From: Paramoeba atlantica
Lineage: Eukaryota; Protista; Discosea
NCBI GenBank assembly: GCA_977017575.1
Contig: CDRNVI010000054.1
Coordinates: forward strand, 558,001 to 622,000
Direction of reading: 5' to 3'
DNA length: 64,000 nucleotides
The position numbers and the translations under genes are program-made. This document shows, one piece after another, positions 45,986 to 57,097 of the stretch (position 1 is the stretch's first letter; each line of letters opens with the position of its first letter). Under the pieces are notes generated by a model. It was not told the origin of the DNA, searched no databases, and saw only the letters and a program-made list of their open reading frames with translations.

Positions 45986-47925
45986 GGGCCTTCCATTAAC
46001 CACTGTATACCGTACTATCACTATTGCCTTCGCCATCCCCTTCATTTTACCCTTCATTATCGCCATGATCATCCCATGATTCCGGTTTTCCGCGTTTCTT
46101 AGTGGGGGGGAGGCGCAGTGGCCGCCGTTGGAAAAACAACTAGTGGCTGGATCGGGACTTTCATATTCACGAGAATAGCAGGCCGAGGCAAATGAAGTGT
46201 GTCCTAGGGGCTAACTGACGATGAATGCACAGCATGGACTGTAATACCCCCCGTGACAACATCCACTTCCTTTCGGTAACCTCGGTCTCCTTTAAGCCTG
46301 CTATACCGGCCCAAAGCCCGGAGCCACGTACCAGTTCGACGGTACGGTGGAAAGGTGATGGAAAGAGAAATCGTAATCAAAAGAATTTGTAAAAAAATCT
46401 ACTATCTAAACTTGTTTAATACTAAACTATGTTCCAGGATAGTATACCCGTGCCCACTTAGTATACCTACCCCCCCCCCTCCCAGCAACAGGAGCGGGAG
46501 ACATCCCTTTTTTAGAAGCGACAGATCCATTTTCTAGCCATCACACGGCAAGAAATCGCATTTTAAGGTCAAGGCAACATTTTTCTAGCAACTACTGATA
46601 AATTAAATATAATTATAAATTATTTTTTGCTTTTTAGACAAAATTTAGTATACCCATACATCTCCCTAGTACGGATAGTACGGTACTTCATACATTTTGA
46701 AAAACGTTTTGTGATGAAGCGGGACCTTGACTATGAATTTCAATCAAAGAAAGCTCGTGTTTTTTATTGGTAAACAATGATGGGATTATGAACAATGATG
46801 GGATATGATGGGAGTATGTAATGTTGGGATCGTAGAGTTCTACGGAAGAAATTGGAAAGCAGGATTCGGAGCTCGTTAGCTTCAACGTCTCCACCAGCGT
46901 CCCCTTCATCATCCCCATCATCGTTCCCTTCGTCATACCCTCCATCCCCTTTATCATTCCCCTCATTATCCCCATCATCTCCTTCATCATTCGCTTCACT
47001 CTCTGGGATTCTTTTTACCCCGTAGACGCATGTCTTCAGCTTATACCGTATACCCCCCCAGGAAGAGAGATTTGGCTCTTTTTGGGCTGGCCCCCAGTAA
47101 GAGAGATTTAGCCCTTATTCTGGGCAATCAAATGAGGTTGAAGCACAGAGAAGAAAACGCACAATCAAAAACAAAGAATCAATATTTTATATGAAGCATA
47201 TGAAAATCAAATATAGTTGGGCTGGAGTCTTGGACAACGCTTTCTAACGCAAGTTGTATGCGAATGTCCGTTGTCATAACTTAAAAAAAGTAGATGAAAT
47301 GAAATCAATGACAGAATGACAATTTCTTTTAGACAGAACTATTCGAAAAAGAGAAAAACTCTAAAAAAAAGGTTGTCAAAAAAGTTTGGAGAAAAAAGAA
47401 AACTGGCCTAAAAAGCAGAACCCCCCAGTAAGAGAGATTTGGTCAAAACCCACTCTTACTGGGGGGTTGTACGGTAGTACCCCATTGGGGTGCAAAGGAA
47501 CCTTCCTAGGCAATAAAGAAAAAGTTTCTGTAACTTTTCGTTCCCTTGCTTTTTTTGGCGATGGACCCCGCTAGATATCTGTCGCATTTTGACCCCCGTA
47601 ATTATGTGTCACACCCACACCTGTAAAATTATTAATAATTTTTCCTTCTAATAATACTGTCCTCCCTCCCCTTAAGCGCACACGGTCAGACCCCCCCCCG
47701 TTTAAGCGCACTTTTCTAACTACTAGGTGAGGAAAACTAGGTGCGCTTAAACGGGGGGGACAGTAATTATTATTAAAGAATTATTAATAATTATTAAAGT
47801 ACATCCTAATGCCGAAAAGTATGGACCATATTCGCGTCGAGAACTCTCCTTTGCAACAAAACTCAGGTGAAACGGACCCAAGGACAAAAACAGGAGGTGT
47901 CCTGATATTGGCGATCCCCCCTGTA

Positions 47926-50900
47926 TAAGGTTTCAATACTGGTGGCAGAGGCAAAGTTCATCCACTTCTTGATATGGTGGGTGGTTCTCTTTTGTAGCCT
48001 CTCAATGAATGAGTAAGGCTGGCATGAACAACGAATGAAAGCGCAATTTGGATAGGACGGCGTGTTGGTAGATCCATAGTTTGGATGAGAACCTTTGGAT
48101 TAAACCCGTAGTGGATTAGGAGGTTTCTGAAGGCCTCCTTGACCTCCTTCTACATAAAATAAGGGAACACTAATTAAGGGAATAATTTTTTTTGAAAACC
48201 ATTTTCCCTTAATTAGTGTAATTCTTAATTAATGTTTCCACGGTATATCTCATTTTTTGTTATAATTTATAATTTATAAAAATTAATGAGAGGAAGAGTA
48301 TGGTGTCGCCACCGCCGCTGGCGCCGAACGCATGATTCATCTCTGTCGTCAGACGGTGACCAAGCATGCTGACGACCCAGATTTCGTCCTGTGCAAAATT
48401 GATCTCTCAAACGCGTTTAATGACGTCTCAAGATCCGCCTTTCCCTCCTTGACTCAGAAGCACTTTCCTAACCCCCTCTCTAAATGGGTAGAATGGTGTT
48501 ACGAAACGGACAGCTACGTCACCTTTGGGCAACACATTCTGCACTCCGCAGAAGGCGTTCAACAAGGCGATCCCTTGGGACCGCTCCTTTTCTCCCTCGT
48601 AATCCATCATCTCGCGCAAATTATTAACGCTGAGTTTCCTGAAGAACTTTTCCTCCATGTCTGGTACCTTGACGACGGGGTACTTGCCGGCAAGGCGGCG
48701 CTCGTCAAGCAAGCCCTCGAAGTCATTGAGCAGGAAGGTCGACAGCTCGGACTCCTTCTTAACACTCAGAAGTGTGAAGTGACCCTACACCCCCCGTCCG
48801 CACACCTCGTGACTTTATTGATCCCTGAGATCCCATAACAAAGAATTCTCTTCGATGGCAATTTCAGCATCCTAGGCAGCCAGCTGGGATCCGCGCAATA
48901 CTGTAGTGATTACCTCCGCGAACACGCCTTGGCCCCAGCATTGTCCACACTTAGCGCTATAAAGAAAATCGCCGATCCCCAAGTGGCGTTAACCCTCATC
49001 CGCCAGTGCTCTGGCTTTTGTCAGCTCGTCTTCTCCCTCCGCACCATAGCCCCTAAACCCCTATTAGATCTATGTTTGCGTCTCGACACCGCGGTGCTAC
49101 AAGTTTTAGAGGACGCACTTTGCTCACTCGATCCTTCCGGATGCGCTCAGCGCTCAGCGCAGAAAAAAATATGGCGGTTTTGGACTTCCTCTTCTCTTTT
49201 CTACTCAGCGGGGTACGCTTCCTCAGTCTCCTTCGCAGCCAGCCAAGACGGATGGGATGCACTGGATGCAGAAGGATTCCGGGAGGCAATGACCCACGTA
49301 AACGAACTATCCGGAAGACCTCTCATCAACGTCCATACAGGGTACCTCTTACCAGAGGATCCTGAGTCCCCCCGGCAAATCCAGCACCACCTAAAGACCA
49401 ACTAAAGAAAACACCAACTAAAGAAAGATGGCTTTCTCAAAGTGGGGATGGGGCCGCAAACTGGGCCTTTGCTCTCCCATCCAAAGAGCTGGGGTACGCC
49501 CTTATCCCTACGGCGTTCCGCGCCCTGGCCCGTTGGTGGCTCGGGGCAGACGTCCACAATGCCCCCCGCCCTTACCCTATGGACAAGTGTAGCCAACCGC
49601 TAGGCCGAACCAGATGGCAGGCACGCCCTAGCTTGCAAAAGTGGCTACGGTCTACTTTCTCGGCACAACGCCCTGGTCGACCACTTCTACGACGTGTGTA
49701 CCAAGGCGCACTTCGCCCCACAACGAGAGGTTAGCCTACGGCCCTGGCGGTGGCCCCACCCGACCAGGAGACGTATTCCTCCCGAACTTTGGCCTAGCTA
49801 CCGGCTTGGTATTGGACTTCTGCGTTACCCACGTTCAGTAACCCACATACATATAGTATATGTATGCTCGGGTATATGTATGCTCGGGCATGTGTAATCA
49901 CTTGGATATGCGCAAAACAAAGAAGGTTTATGAAAAATAATCAACATGTTCGTGGGATGTGTACCTCCCCAGAAAGTGTTCAATGCGTTCTATGTGTTCA
50001 ATGGAAAAAAAAAGTGTTCATAGAACACATAGGTATATTATACGGACTGAGTCCGAGGTGCTAACGTGTGGAAAGCGGGATCCTTTGCCGAGCGGTACGC
50101 TACGGAGCACAAACGGAGCGCCTCGAGGCTGAATCCCAAGGGTACAGATTCACCGCTATGGCAGTGGAATCCTTCGGATCGTGGTCCGACAGCGCGCAGG
50201 CCATTCTCCGTGAGGTTCTCCGAGCGTCGCTCAGCCGCTTCGCAGGGCACTCTTTCGAGAGGAAAGGCCTTCCAACGCCTCCTCACGGAAATGAATGTGA
50301 CTCTAATGCGAGCCCAGGCGCGCATGCTGGTAAGTCGGATGCCCGCAGAGAACTTGCGTCCTTCGTTGCGCACGTGAGGACGTGAAAATAATGGAAATAT
50401 GTGTGAAGCTTTAAGCGTAGTAAGTTGGAAAAAAAAAGGATTTACTTTCCACGCTTCTTTCCTTGAATCTAGAACGTAGTAGTTTCTCAGGCAACGTTCC
50501 GTTAGAGCTATCGCCTGGTCAGCTGGAAAAACTGGACCCGAAGATTGATGAATAGAACAACTTGTAGGTCATCATAATACACACAAGAACAATTTGTAGG
50601 TAGTCGTCGTCGTTCTCAAAATAGACAACGCACACGAATTTATAACGCGCACAAATAAAGCGAAAGTACAAAATCACAAAACAAATACCTAAAAAAGAAT
50701 ATTTTAAGTGCATTAAATTCAGTAACTCGAATTTCCAGGAATCAATTTTCAGGAATTGAATTTCTGCAGGATTAGACGAGGATACACCCCCTTTTCCTTG
50801 ACGGAAAATAGGGCGGCAAGAAAAATAGTCACTGTTTGCTTTTCATTCGTCCGAACGACTTTGACTGAAATCACGCCCACTGGCGCTAAATTTTTCCCCT

Positions 50901-52828
50901 TCAGTTCGCCGTCGACGCTAACGCTAGTTTTATCTCCGAAAATAACATAGCTGTACTGACGAACATCGTGTTGCGAGTACAGATGATGCGACCATCGTCT
51001 TATTCGTTGATCAATATCTGCCGGCGTGATAGCTTGAGTTTTTCCAAACGTTCGTCAAGTCCATCAAAACACGTAACGATAGTGCTTATACGCTCTTTCT
51101 TTTGCTTTTTCAATCAGACCTTCCCGAAATGCTCCATGATGACTCATCAACTGGAGCACCCTATCGAGTGATAGGGATATGACCATTCAATAGACCGAGA
51201 AGGGTTTCATGAACCTTTGCCATAAAATCTTGTCGCGAGCTATTGAACGCTCGCTCACGCTTCCGGTCGCGACCTCCACGATTCATTCTTGATTGATAAT
51301 CTTTTTCTCCGACTCGCTTTATTTTCCGTATGGTCTCCTCGGCAATATTATGACTTCGCAAGTTTTGATACGGAAGACGAAGAACGACACACGCACAACT
51401 TGTCTTGCACCGACAAGTGTTTTCTGCGGTATATTGATGGAGGAACAAAGGGAGGGAGAGAGGGACGTGCTGAAAGAGAATTTTGGGGAAGAGAGATACC
51501 AGGTTCTTGTCCGGAAACAAGAGGTCCGACCACATGTGATACACGAGCCACTGGAGTTCGCGAAATGATCCAGTTGCTTAACGCTCCATGCGGCACCAGA
51601 TCCTCCCGAAAATTCATAGGACAATAATTTTCAGGAGAAGTTTTCTATAGTTCCTAAACAAGGTCTTGCAGCTTTTTTATACACTATTTTACACTCGGAT
51701 AGCTATGCACCGGAAAAACGCCGCTGTTTCTTTCATCGGCGGATTTCATAAAAAAATGCCCCCCCCTAAACAAATCTTTGGCCTTTTAGACAAAATAGAC
51801 CTAACAAAGGGGGGGCGGGCACGCGTAGCCCTATTAAAGTTTATGTCTCTTTTCCACGAAACGTAGTGACTGATAACTACGGGGTACAGTACATTCATAG
51901 AATTATTTTTTAATTTTTAAAAAACAATAATATACATTCTAACTTTACATGCTACACTTAACGCTACAAACGATCGTGCGGCTCACATGTTCGGATATTC
52001 AGGAACCGTCGACTAAACGACGTAAAGTCGAAAGCCCAATACCTTCCAACACTCATTCTGCTGAAGAAACTACAAAGACGAGATCGCGTATTGCCAAAGT
52101 GAGCGCTGCGAATTTACCTCAGGAGTATCTACTCGTTCGTCTCCTCGCGGAAGTCAACAACTTGGACGAATCGTGGAGTCTTCACACGCCAGCATGCGAG
52201 TGGGAAGGTGTGGGTTGTAACGAGCGGGAAGAAGTCAGCCACGTGAGATGGACCCAACGAGATTTGTCAGGTACTATGAACTTGATTTATCTCCCACATA
52301 GTTTGTACGATTTTGATGTGTGTCAGAACGCTCTAGAAGGGACAGTACCGCTCACGCGCTTGCCTTCGGAACTGCGATCACTAACTCTGTACGAAAATCG
52401 GTTTGAAGGCGAGTTGGACTTGACTTCCCTTCCGCTCTGTTTCGAAGATTTGACTTTGAATGACAATAGATTCAATGGAACTGTATGTTTGACGAGTCTG
52501 CCGGTCAATATGCAAAATGTGAACCTTAGCGGAAATCGTCTCACCGGCTCACTTGATTTGACTTTGTTTCCGCCTAACATATGTCAAGTATATCTCTCTG
52601 GAAATCAGTTGTCCGGCGAACTCGATCTCCGACAACTTCCTTCGGGGATTCGGCACCTTGATTTGTCGCGCAATATGTTTTCTGGTGATGTGGACTTGAC
52701 GAACCTTCCATTTTCATTGATGGGTTTGGATTTATCAGATAATGTGAACTTGCGTAGCAATATAACAAGATCGCCATTACCTGAAAATGTGCAAGAGTAC
52801 GGTTTGTGCGTATATAACACACAGATAA
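47926..52828. repeat. Tandem segmental duplication of 40446-45176 (with indels)
   Basis: Same order of chimera, CRE-like element, intergenic sequence and LRR gene, offset ~7.5-7.7 kb. Likewise 35080-38727 matches 44330-47925. Confidence 0.92.
48302..50400 (+). mobile_element. Duplicate of the CRE-like element at 40822-42920
   Basis: Identical RT ORF (48332-48838) with shared lesions. Confidence 0.88.
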
Positions 52829-52845
52829 GGCTCGAGAATCATTGA
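51949..52845 (+). CDS. LRR protein (298 aa)
   Basis: Sister of 44280; differs mainly at LRR beta-strand positions and in the last codons. Confidence 0.92.
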   Translation: MLHLTLQTIVRLTCSDIQEPSTKRRKVESPIPSNTHSAEETTKTRSRIAKVSAANLPQEYLLVRLLAEVNNLDESWSLHTPACEWEGVGCNEREEVSHVRWTQRDLSGTMNLIYLPHSLYDFDVCQNALEGTVPLTRLPSELRSLTLYENRFEGELDLTSLPLCFEDLTLNDNRFNGTVCLTSLPVNMQNVNLSGNRLTGSLDLTLFPPNICQVYLSGNQLSGELDLRQLPSGIRHLDLSRNMFSGDVDLTNLPFSLMGLDLSDNVNLRSNITRSPLPENVQEYGLCVYNTQIRLENH

Positions 52846-53178
52846 ATCAAATAAAATGATAAAGAGAATTTAAAGAGAATAAAGAGAATTTAAAGAGAAT
52901 AAAGAGAAAGATGGAGAGAAAATATGTGGGCGGGGGGATTAGGGAGATCTTCAATTGTTCAATAAATTCTATTGTTTTGGAAACTTTTATAAACTTTCTT
53001 ATCTCAAAAAAGTGTACGACGTGACGTACCCCCTTGATTAATTGCTGTCGCTCAACCCCTTTGTAATGTGCGTAACAGAGAACACATCTAAAATGTGTAT
53101 GACAGACTGAACGCAATGTCTGAGAACTGTGATTTAGTATAATTTGTCTTAAAAAAAGTGTTGTTTACATTTGATTTC

Positions 53179-53735
53179 TTAACTCCTATGGCTTCTTAGC
53201 TCCGCAGTTTCCAGTCCCAAGCCTGGGGCAGGCCTCTCAAAGACCGGGTAGGAGGGGGAAGCGATCATTCGATCGAGTTGTACACCTTGAATTGGATGTC
53301 TCGGTCTTCCCGATGACATTCGAACCGTATAGAGCTGGACTTGGCATGCTGCAGGGCAGTTAGACATGGTGAAGTACCGCAACACTCTCATGTTGCCACT
53401 GGTTAATTGACGCCAGTTGGACCCCCTTGGTTCCCGCTGGTAGGCTGTGACATTGGATGTCACATGCTGGTTAGCTACGGAGAGTTGGACTCCCTTGGTT
53501 GGCGCTGGTACGCTGTGACATTCTGACGAGTGAGAGCGCCATCGTCCCATTAATTGCCTCTCTGAAATAGGAACGCCACGGACTCGAAGCTCAGTGACCT
53601 TCCCATGCCGCAATGAATGCATAGTCCATGTTCGAGTGTTATTCCGATTAAAGTGATGAGCTGCATCATTTATAAATTTATTAGTCAAACGTTGATCCTA
53701 CTTCGGGAACAATAAGGAATACGAATTGCCCTTCG
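53179..53735 (-). mobile_element. Tyrosine-recombinase retroelement fragment, third copy
   Basis: TWTMHSLRHGKVTELRVRG...MGRWRSHSSE; a small deletion shifts the frame before the catalytic-like Y. Confidence 0.75.
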
Positions 53736-55311
53736 CGAGGGCCATCCATATACTGTATGCCCCCCTTAGTTATCCTTCACCTTGTTCCCTTATTTTTTTC
53801 AAATAAAATCTGAAAATGAAACTTGCATTTTTTCTTTTTGTGTTTTAAGTGAATGATCGTGCGTGTGGTCACGAAAGGTGTTGTTGTCACGAAATTGGAG
53901 AACAGGAGTCGGAGCTCGCTGATTTAATCATTCCGTTCTTTGTGCGCTTCGTCCCCTTCACTATCATCTTCGCCATCCCCTTCACCTTCCCCTTCATTAT
54001 CATCATGGCCATCCCATGAATAAGTTTTCCGCAGCAACGTTCTGGTGAAAACAGCTGCGCAATTCACGTGATAAACAATCTGTACCGCACCTTATTCGAG
54101 GGGCTGCGGGTTAGAATTGTGAAACACCGCGAAACAGCGGTTTGTTTGTCTTTTATAGCCGGTTGAAGGTCTAAATTTCAATATTCAAGTTCATTTTTTT
54201 TTGTATTTGGTGGTGCGGTTTGTGCCCTGTATACAACGTATACGTAAGCGTCATACGTAAGCATATCCTGTATGCTGAGGAATAGCAGGCATGAGATTGG
54301 TAACCTCGACAAAGGTTATCTATAAATTGATTGTAAATTTATTGATTCATATTACAAAAAAAAGATTCATATACCTTTTATTAGTTTTCATTCACCTTTT
54401 ATTGATGCACGGAATAGCACATCAACAGGTTACGCGAGTCTTTTCTGAGCGATGTCTTTTCCGATGTGACATGTATCGTAAATGTCACGACCATTCTGGT
54501 TTTTTGTGATCTTTTCGACCCCTTACTTAGGATATTTGTGATCGTTTGTTTGATATCTATGAAGTCCTTATGACTCATTGCGCGGGATCTTTGTCATCGG
54601 ATGTGTATATTACCTGATTGGTTTGTTTGTTTGTTATCTTTGTGATCGGTTCACTTGAAATCTTAATGACCCATTATTTGTTATCTCGTTTGGGATCTTT
54701 GTGACCCACCGTTTGTGGCCTTCGTGATCTTTGTGATCAGTGCTAACAAATTTTTGAAATCTGTAAAAAAAAGGAAAGAAAAAAAGAGCTTATTAAACGT
54801 GCGGGTACAGCACGTATTTGCACACCCTGGTTCCGTATCCCAGCCTTCTTGACGCACGTCGAAAGATGTTCGCAAGATGTTAACTCTCGTTTACAATGCA
54901 GTAGATCTGTTTTTCTACCGAGGCGAGGTGGACCAACAACTACCCAACCAACACGGAGAAAAATACCTCAGCTAAGCTGCTTACCACATTCCCGTATTCA
55001 TAAATGATGTGTATCATTTATGCATGTAGGGTGTTGTTGCAAGGGAACGGACAACGTAGGTTCGGTCACGTCACGTGGTCCCGTATTAGGGTCCTGCGAC
55101 GCATACGGTCTTGTTGCTTGTGAGGCCATTAAGATACAGTAAAAGGTAAGAAAAATAAAGCAGCAAGGTATAGAAACTATACAAAAAATATACGTCTCAG
55201 ATGAGTGTGTAACACAAAATTATCCCGCTGCAGGGTTTCATTTTCCTGCTATTGGCCACAAAAAAGGAGCTTGTTTCCCCTTGTTTTTCGTTTGTACACT
55301 AAAACCTGCAC

Positions 55312-55971
55312 ATGAACCTCTTGCCGAACTGGTGGGCCGCATCGGAGTCTTCCCCCTCTCCCCAGCGTGCCGAGTTCGGAGGCAAACTCTCCGGGACGGG
55401 TCTGCCCGAGGAATACCTTATGGAGCGCGTGGTACGCAACCTCTCCCCGGGCCATCCCACATGGCGCCCCTCCGTTGCGCTCTGTTCCTGGGAGGGGATC
55501 AAGTGTGATGGGGCGCAAAAAGTGACCTGGATCCGGTGGGATTGGCGACAGTTAAGAGGCACGCTCTCGTGGGCGTTGCCCCCCGGTTTGGTGTATTTCG
55601 GCGTGCAATCCAATGAAATACACGGAGAAGTTGAATTTTCACAGCTTTCCCTACATTTGCAACATTTTTATTTGAGCGAAAATGGTTTTACCGGAAAGGT
55701 GGACCTCGCGGGTATGCCTCGAAGTTTAGATTGTATCGCATTGGACTGCAATTTGTTGAGCGGGGAAGTGGAGTTTCACGCCCTGCCACCAAATTTGCGG
55801 ATGCTCATGCTGCAGAAAAATCCGGATCTTACTGGCATATTAGAAGAAAATGTGATGCCAAGGAAAGCAGAGTACAATTTTGCACGAACACAGATAGTAG
55901 GTTGGAATGGAATGGTGCAGCGACTGATACAAAAGGGACAGGGTGCGCAAATACTGTATCAGTACAAATAG
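55312..55971 (+). CDS. LRR protein
   Basis: GKLSGTGLPEEYLMERV, ALCSWEGIKC and about 4 LRRs. Confidence 0.85.
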   Translation: MNLLPNWWAASESSPSPQRAEFGGKLSGTGLPEEYLMERVVRNLSPGHPTWRPSVALCSWEGIKCDGAQKVTWIRWDWRQLRGTLSWALPPGLVYFGVQSNEIHGEVEFSQLSLHLQHFYLSENGFTGKVDLAGMPRSLDCIALDCNLLSGEVEFHALPPNLRMLMLQKNPDLTGILEENVMPRKAEYNFARTQIVGWNGMVQRLIQKGQGAQILYQYK

Positions 55972-56389
55972 GATTCTTTGCTAGTACATATGATCGGCAC
56001 ACAATATGATATTACATATTCTCGTCTCGCTTTATAAAATCGCCTTTCGGGATACCTTTATTCCATACTCCTTGAACAAAGTGACGCTGACTTGAGGACT
56101 GTACCGGCGAGTCAGAAGATCAGTTACCATGCCGATGAGCTGGGCTTCTACTTTACATGGACGGACGAATATAAGATAAGCGTATCATAAGTGCATGATG
56201 ATTTATCCTCAATATTATGTTATATGTCTCTAAATGTAACTCGGAGTTATTCGAACTATTTTCAGTACTGTATTTTCAGCATTCATTCACAACTACTTTT
56301 GCCTGCACACCACTACTGGACTAATTTACACTAACCACAAACTAATCTACACTTATCTCAATACCCTTCTATTTCTCAATTCGGTCCGT

Positions 56390-57097
56390 ATGTCAGATTC
56401 CCTACACGAAGCAAAGAGCTCGGAAGAATTCGCGTGCCGTCTTGGACGCGTCAACCCCCGCTTTCCCCCCGAATATCTTCTTGCACAATTTCTGGAACCC
56501 TTATATCTCATCCCTATGGGATGGGAATTCAACACCACCTCGACAGCAGCATGTCAATGGTATGGAGTGCAATGCGACGCGGATCAGCGCGTCACCAACA
56601 TTGATTGGTCTCATATCGGGATGAAAAACAAAGTGAAGGATGAGACTTTACGATGGGAACGATTGCCCCCAACCCTCTTATCCCTGAGTTTGTACAGAAA
56701 CGATGAACTAAGCGGCTCTCTCCCATTAGAATGTCTTCCTCAACAAATGGTCGGTCTTCACCTGACTACTAATCAATTTTCCGGGACATTGGACTTGAGT
56801 TGCGTACCACACACGATGCAACACATGGGACTTGCTCTAAACCGTTTCAAACAGGCCCTACACTTTGACGCTCTCCCACAGGGTCTTAAGACGCTCTCCT
56901 TGAAGTACAATTTCTATCTACGCGGGACGTATGACCTCACAACGCTTCCGAGCGGTCTTGTGTTGGATCAGACCTTTTTCACAGACAGCACTCTTCTGGC
57001 TGATCAAGCGCAGGGTGGACCAAGCGTGCTCTCATGCACGAGTCCTCTCATTCCAGAGTGTGTCTTCGTTCACATGGATGAGTGCCGAATTGTTTGA
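56390..57097 (+). CDS. LRR protein
   Basis: GRVNPRFPPEYLLAQF, AACQWYGVQC and about 4 LRRs. Confidence 0.85.
   Translation: MSDSLHEAKSSEEFACRLGRVNPRFPPEYLLAQFLEPLYLIPMGWEFNTTSTAACQWYGVQCDADQRVTNIDWSHIGMKNKVKDETLRWERLPPTLLSLSLYRNDELSGSLPLECLPQQMVGLHLTTNQFSGTLDLSCVPHTMQHMGLALNRFKQALHFDALPQGLKTLSLKYNFYLRGTYDLTTLPSGLVLDQTFFTDSTLLADQAQGGPSVLSCTSPLIPECVFVHMDECRIV

Noticed and set aside
17189-52845. Diversity-generating retroelement acting on LRR genes
   Set aside because: The differences are not adenine-restricted, there is no template/variable repeat pair, and the RTs are non-LTR types.
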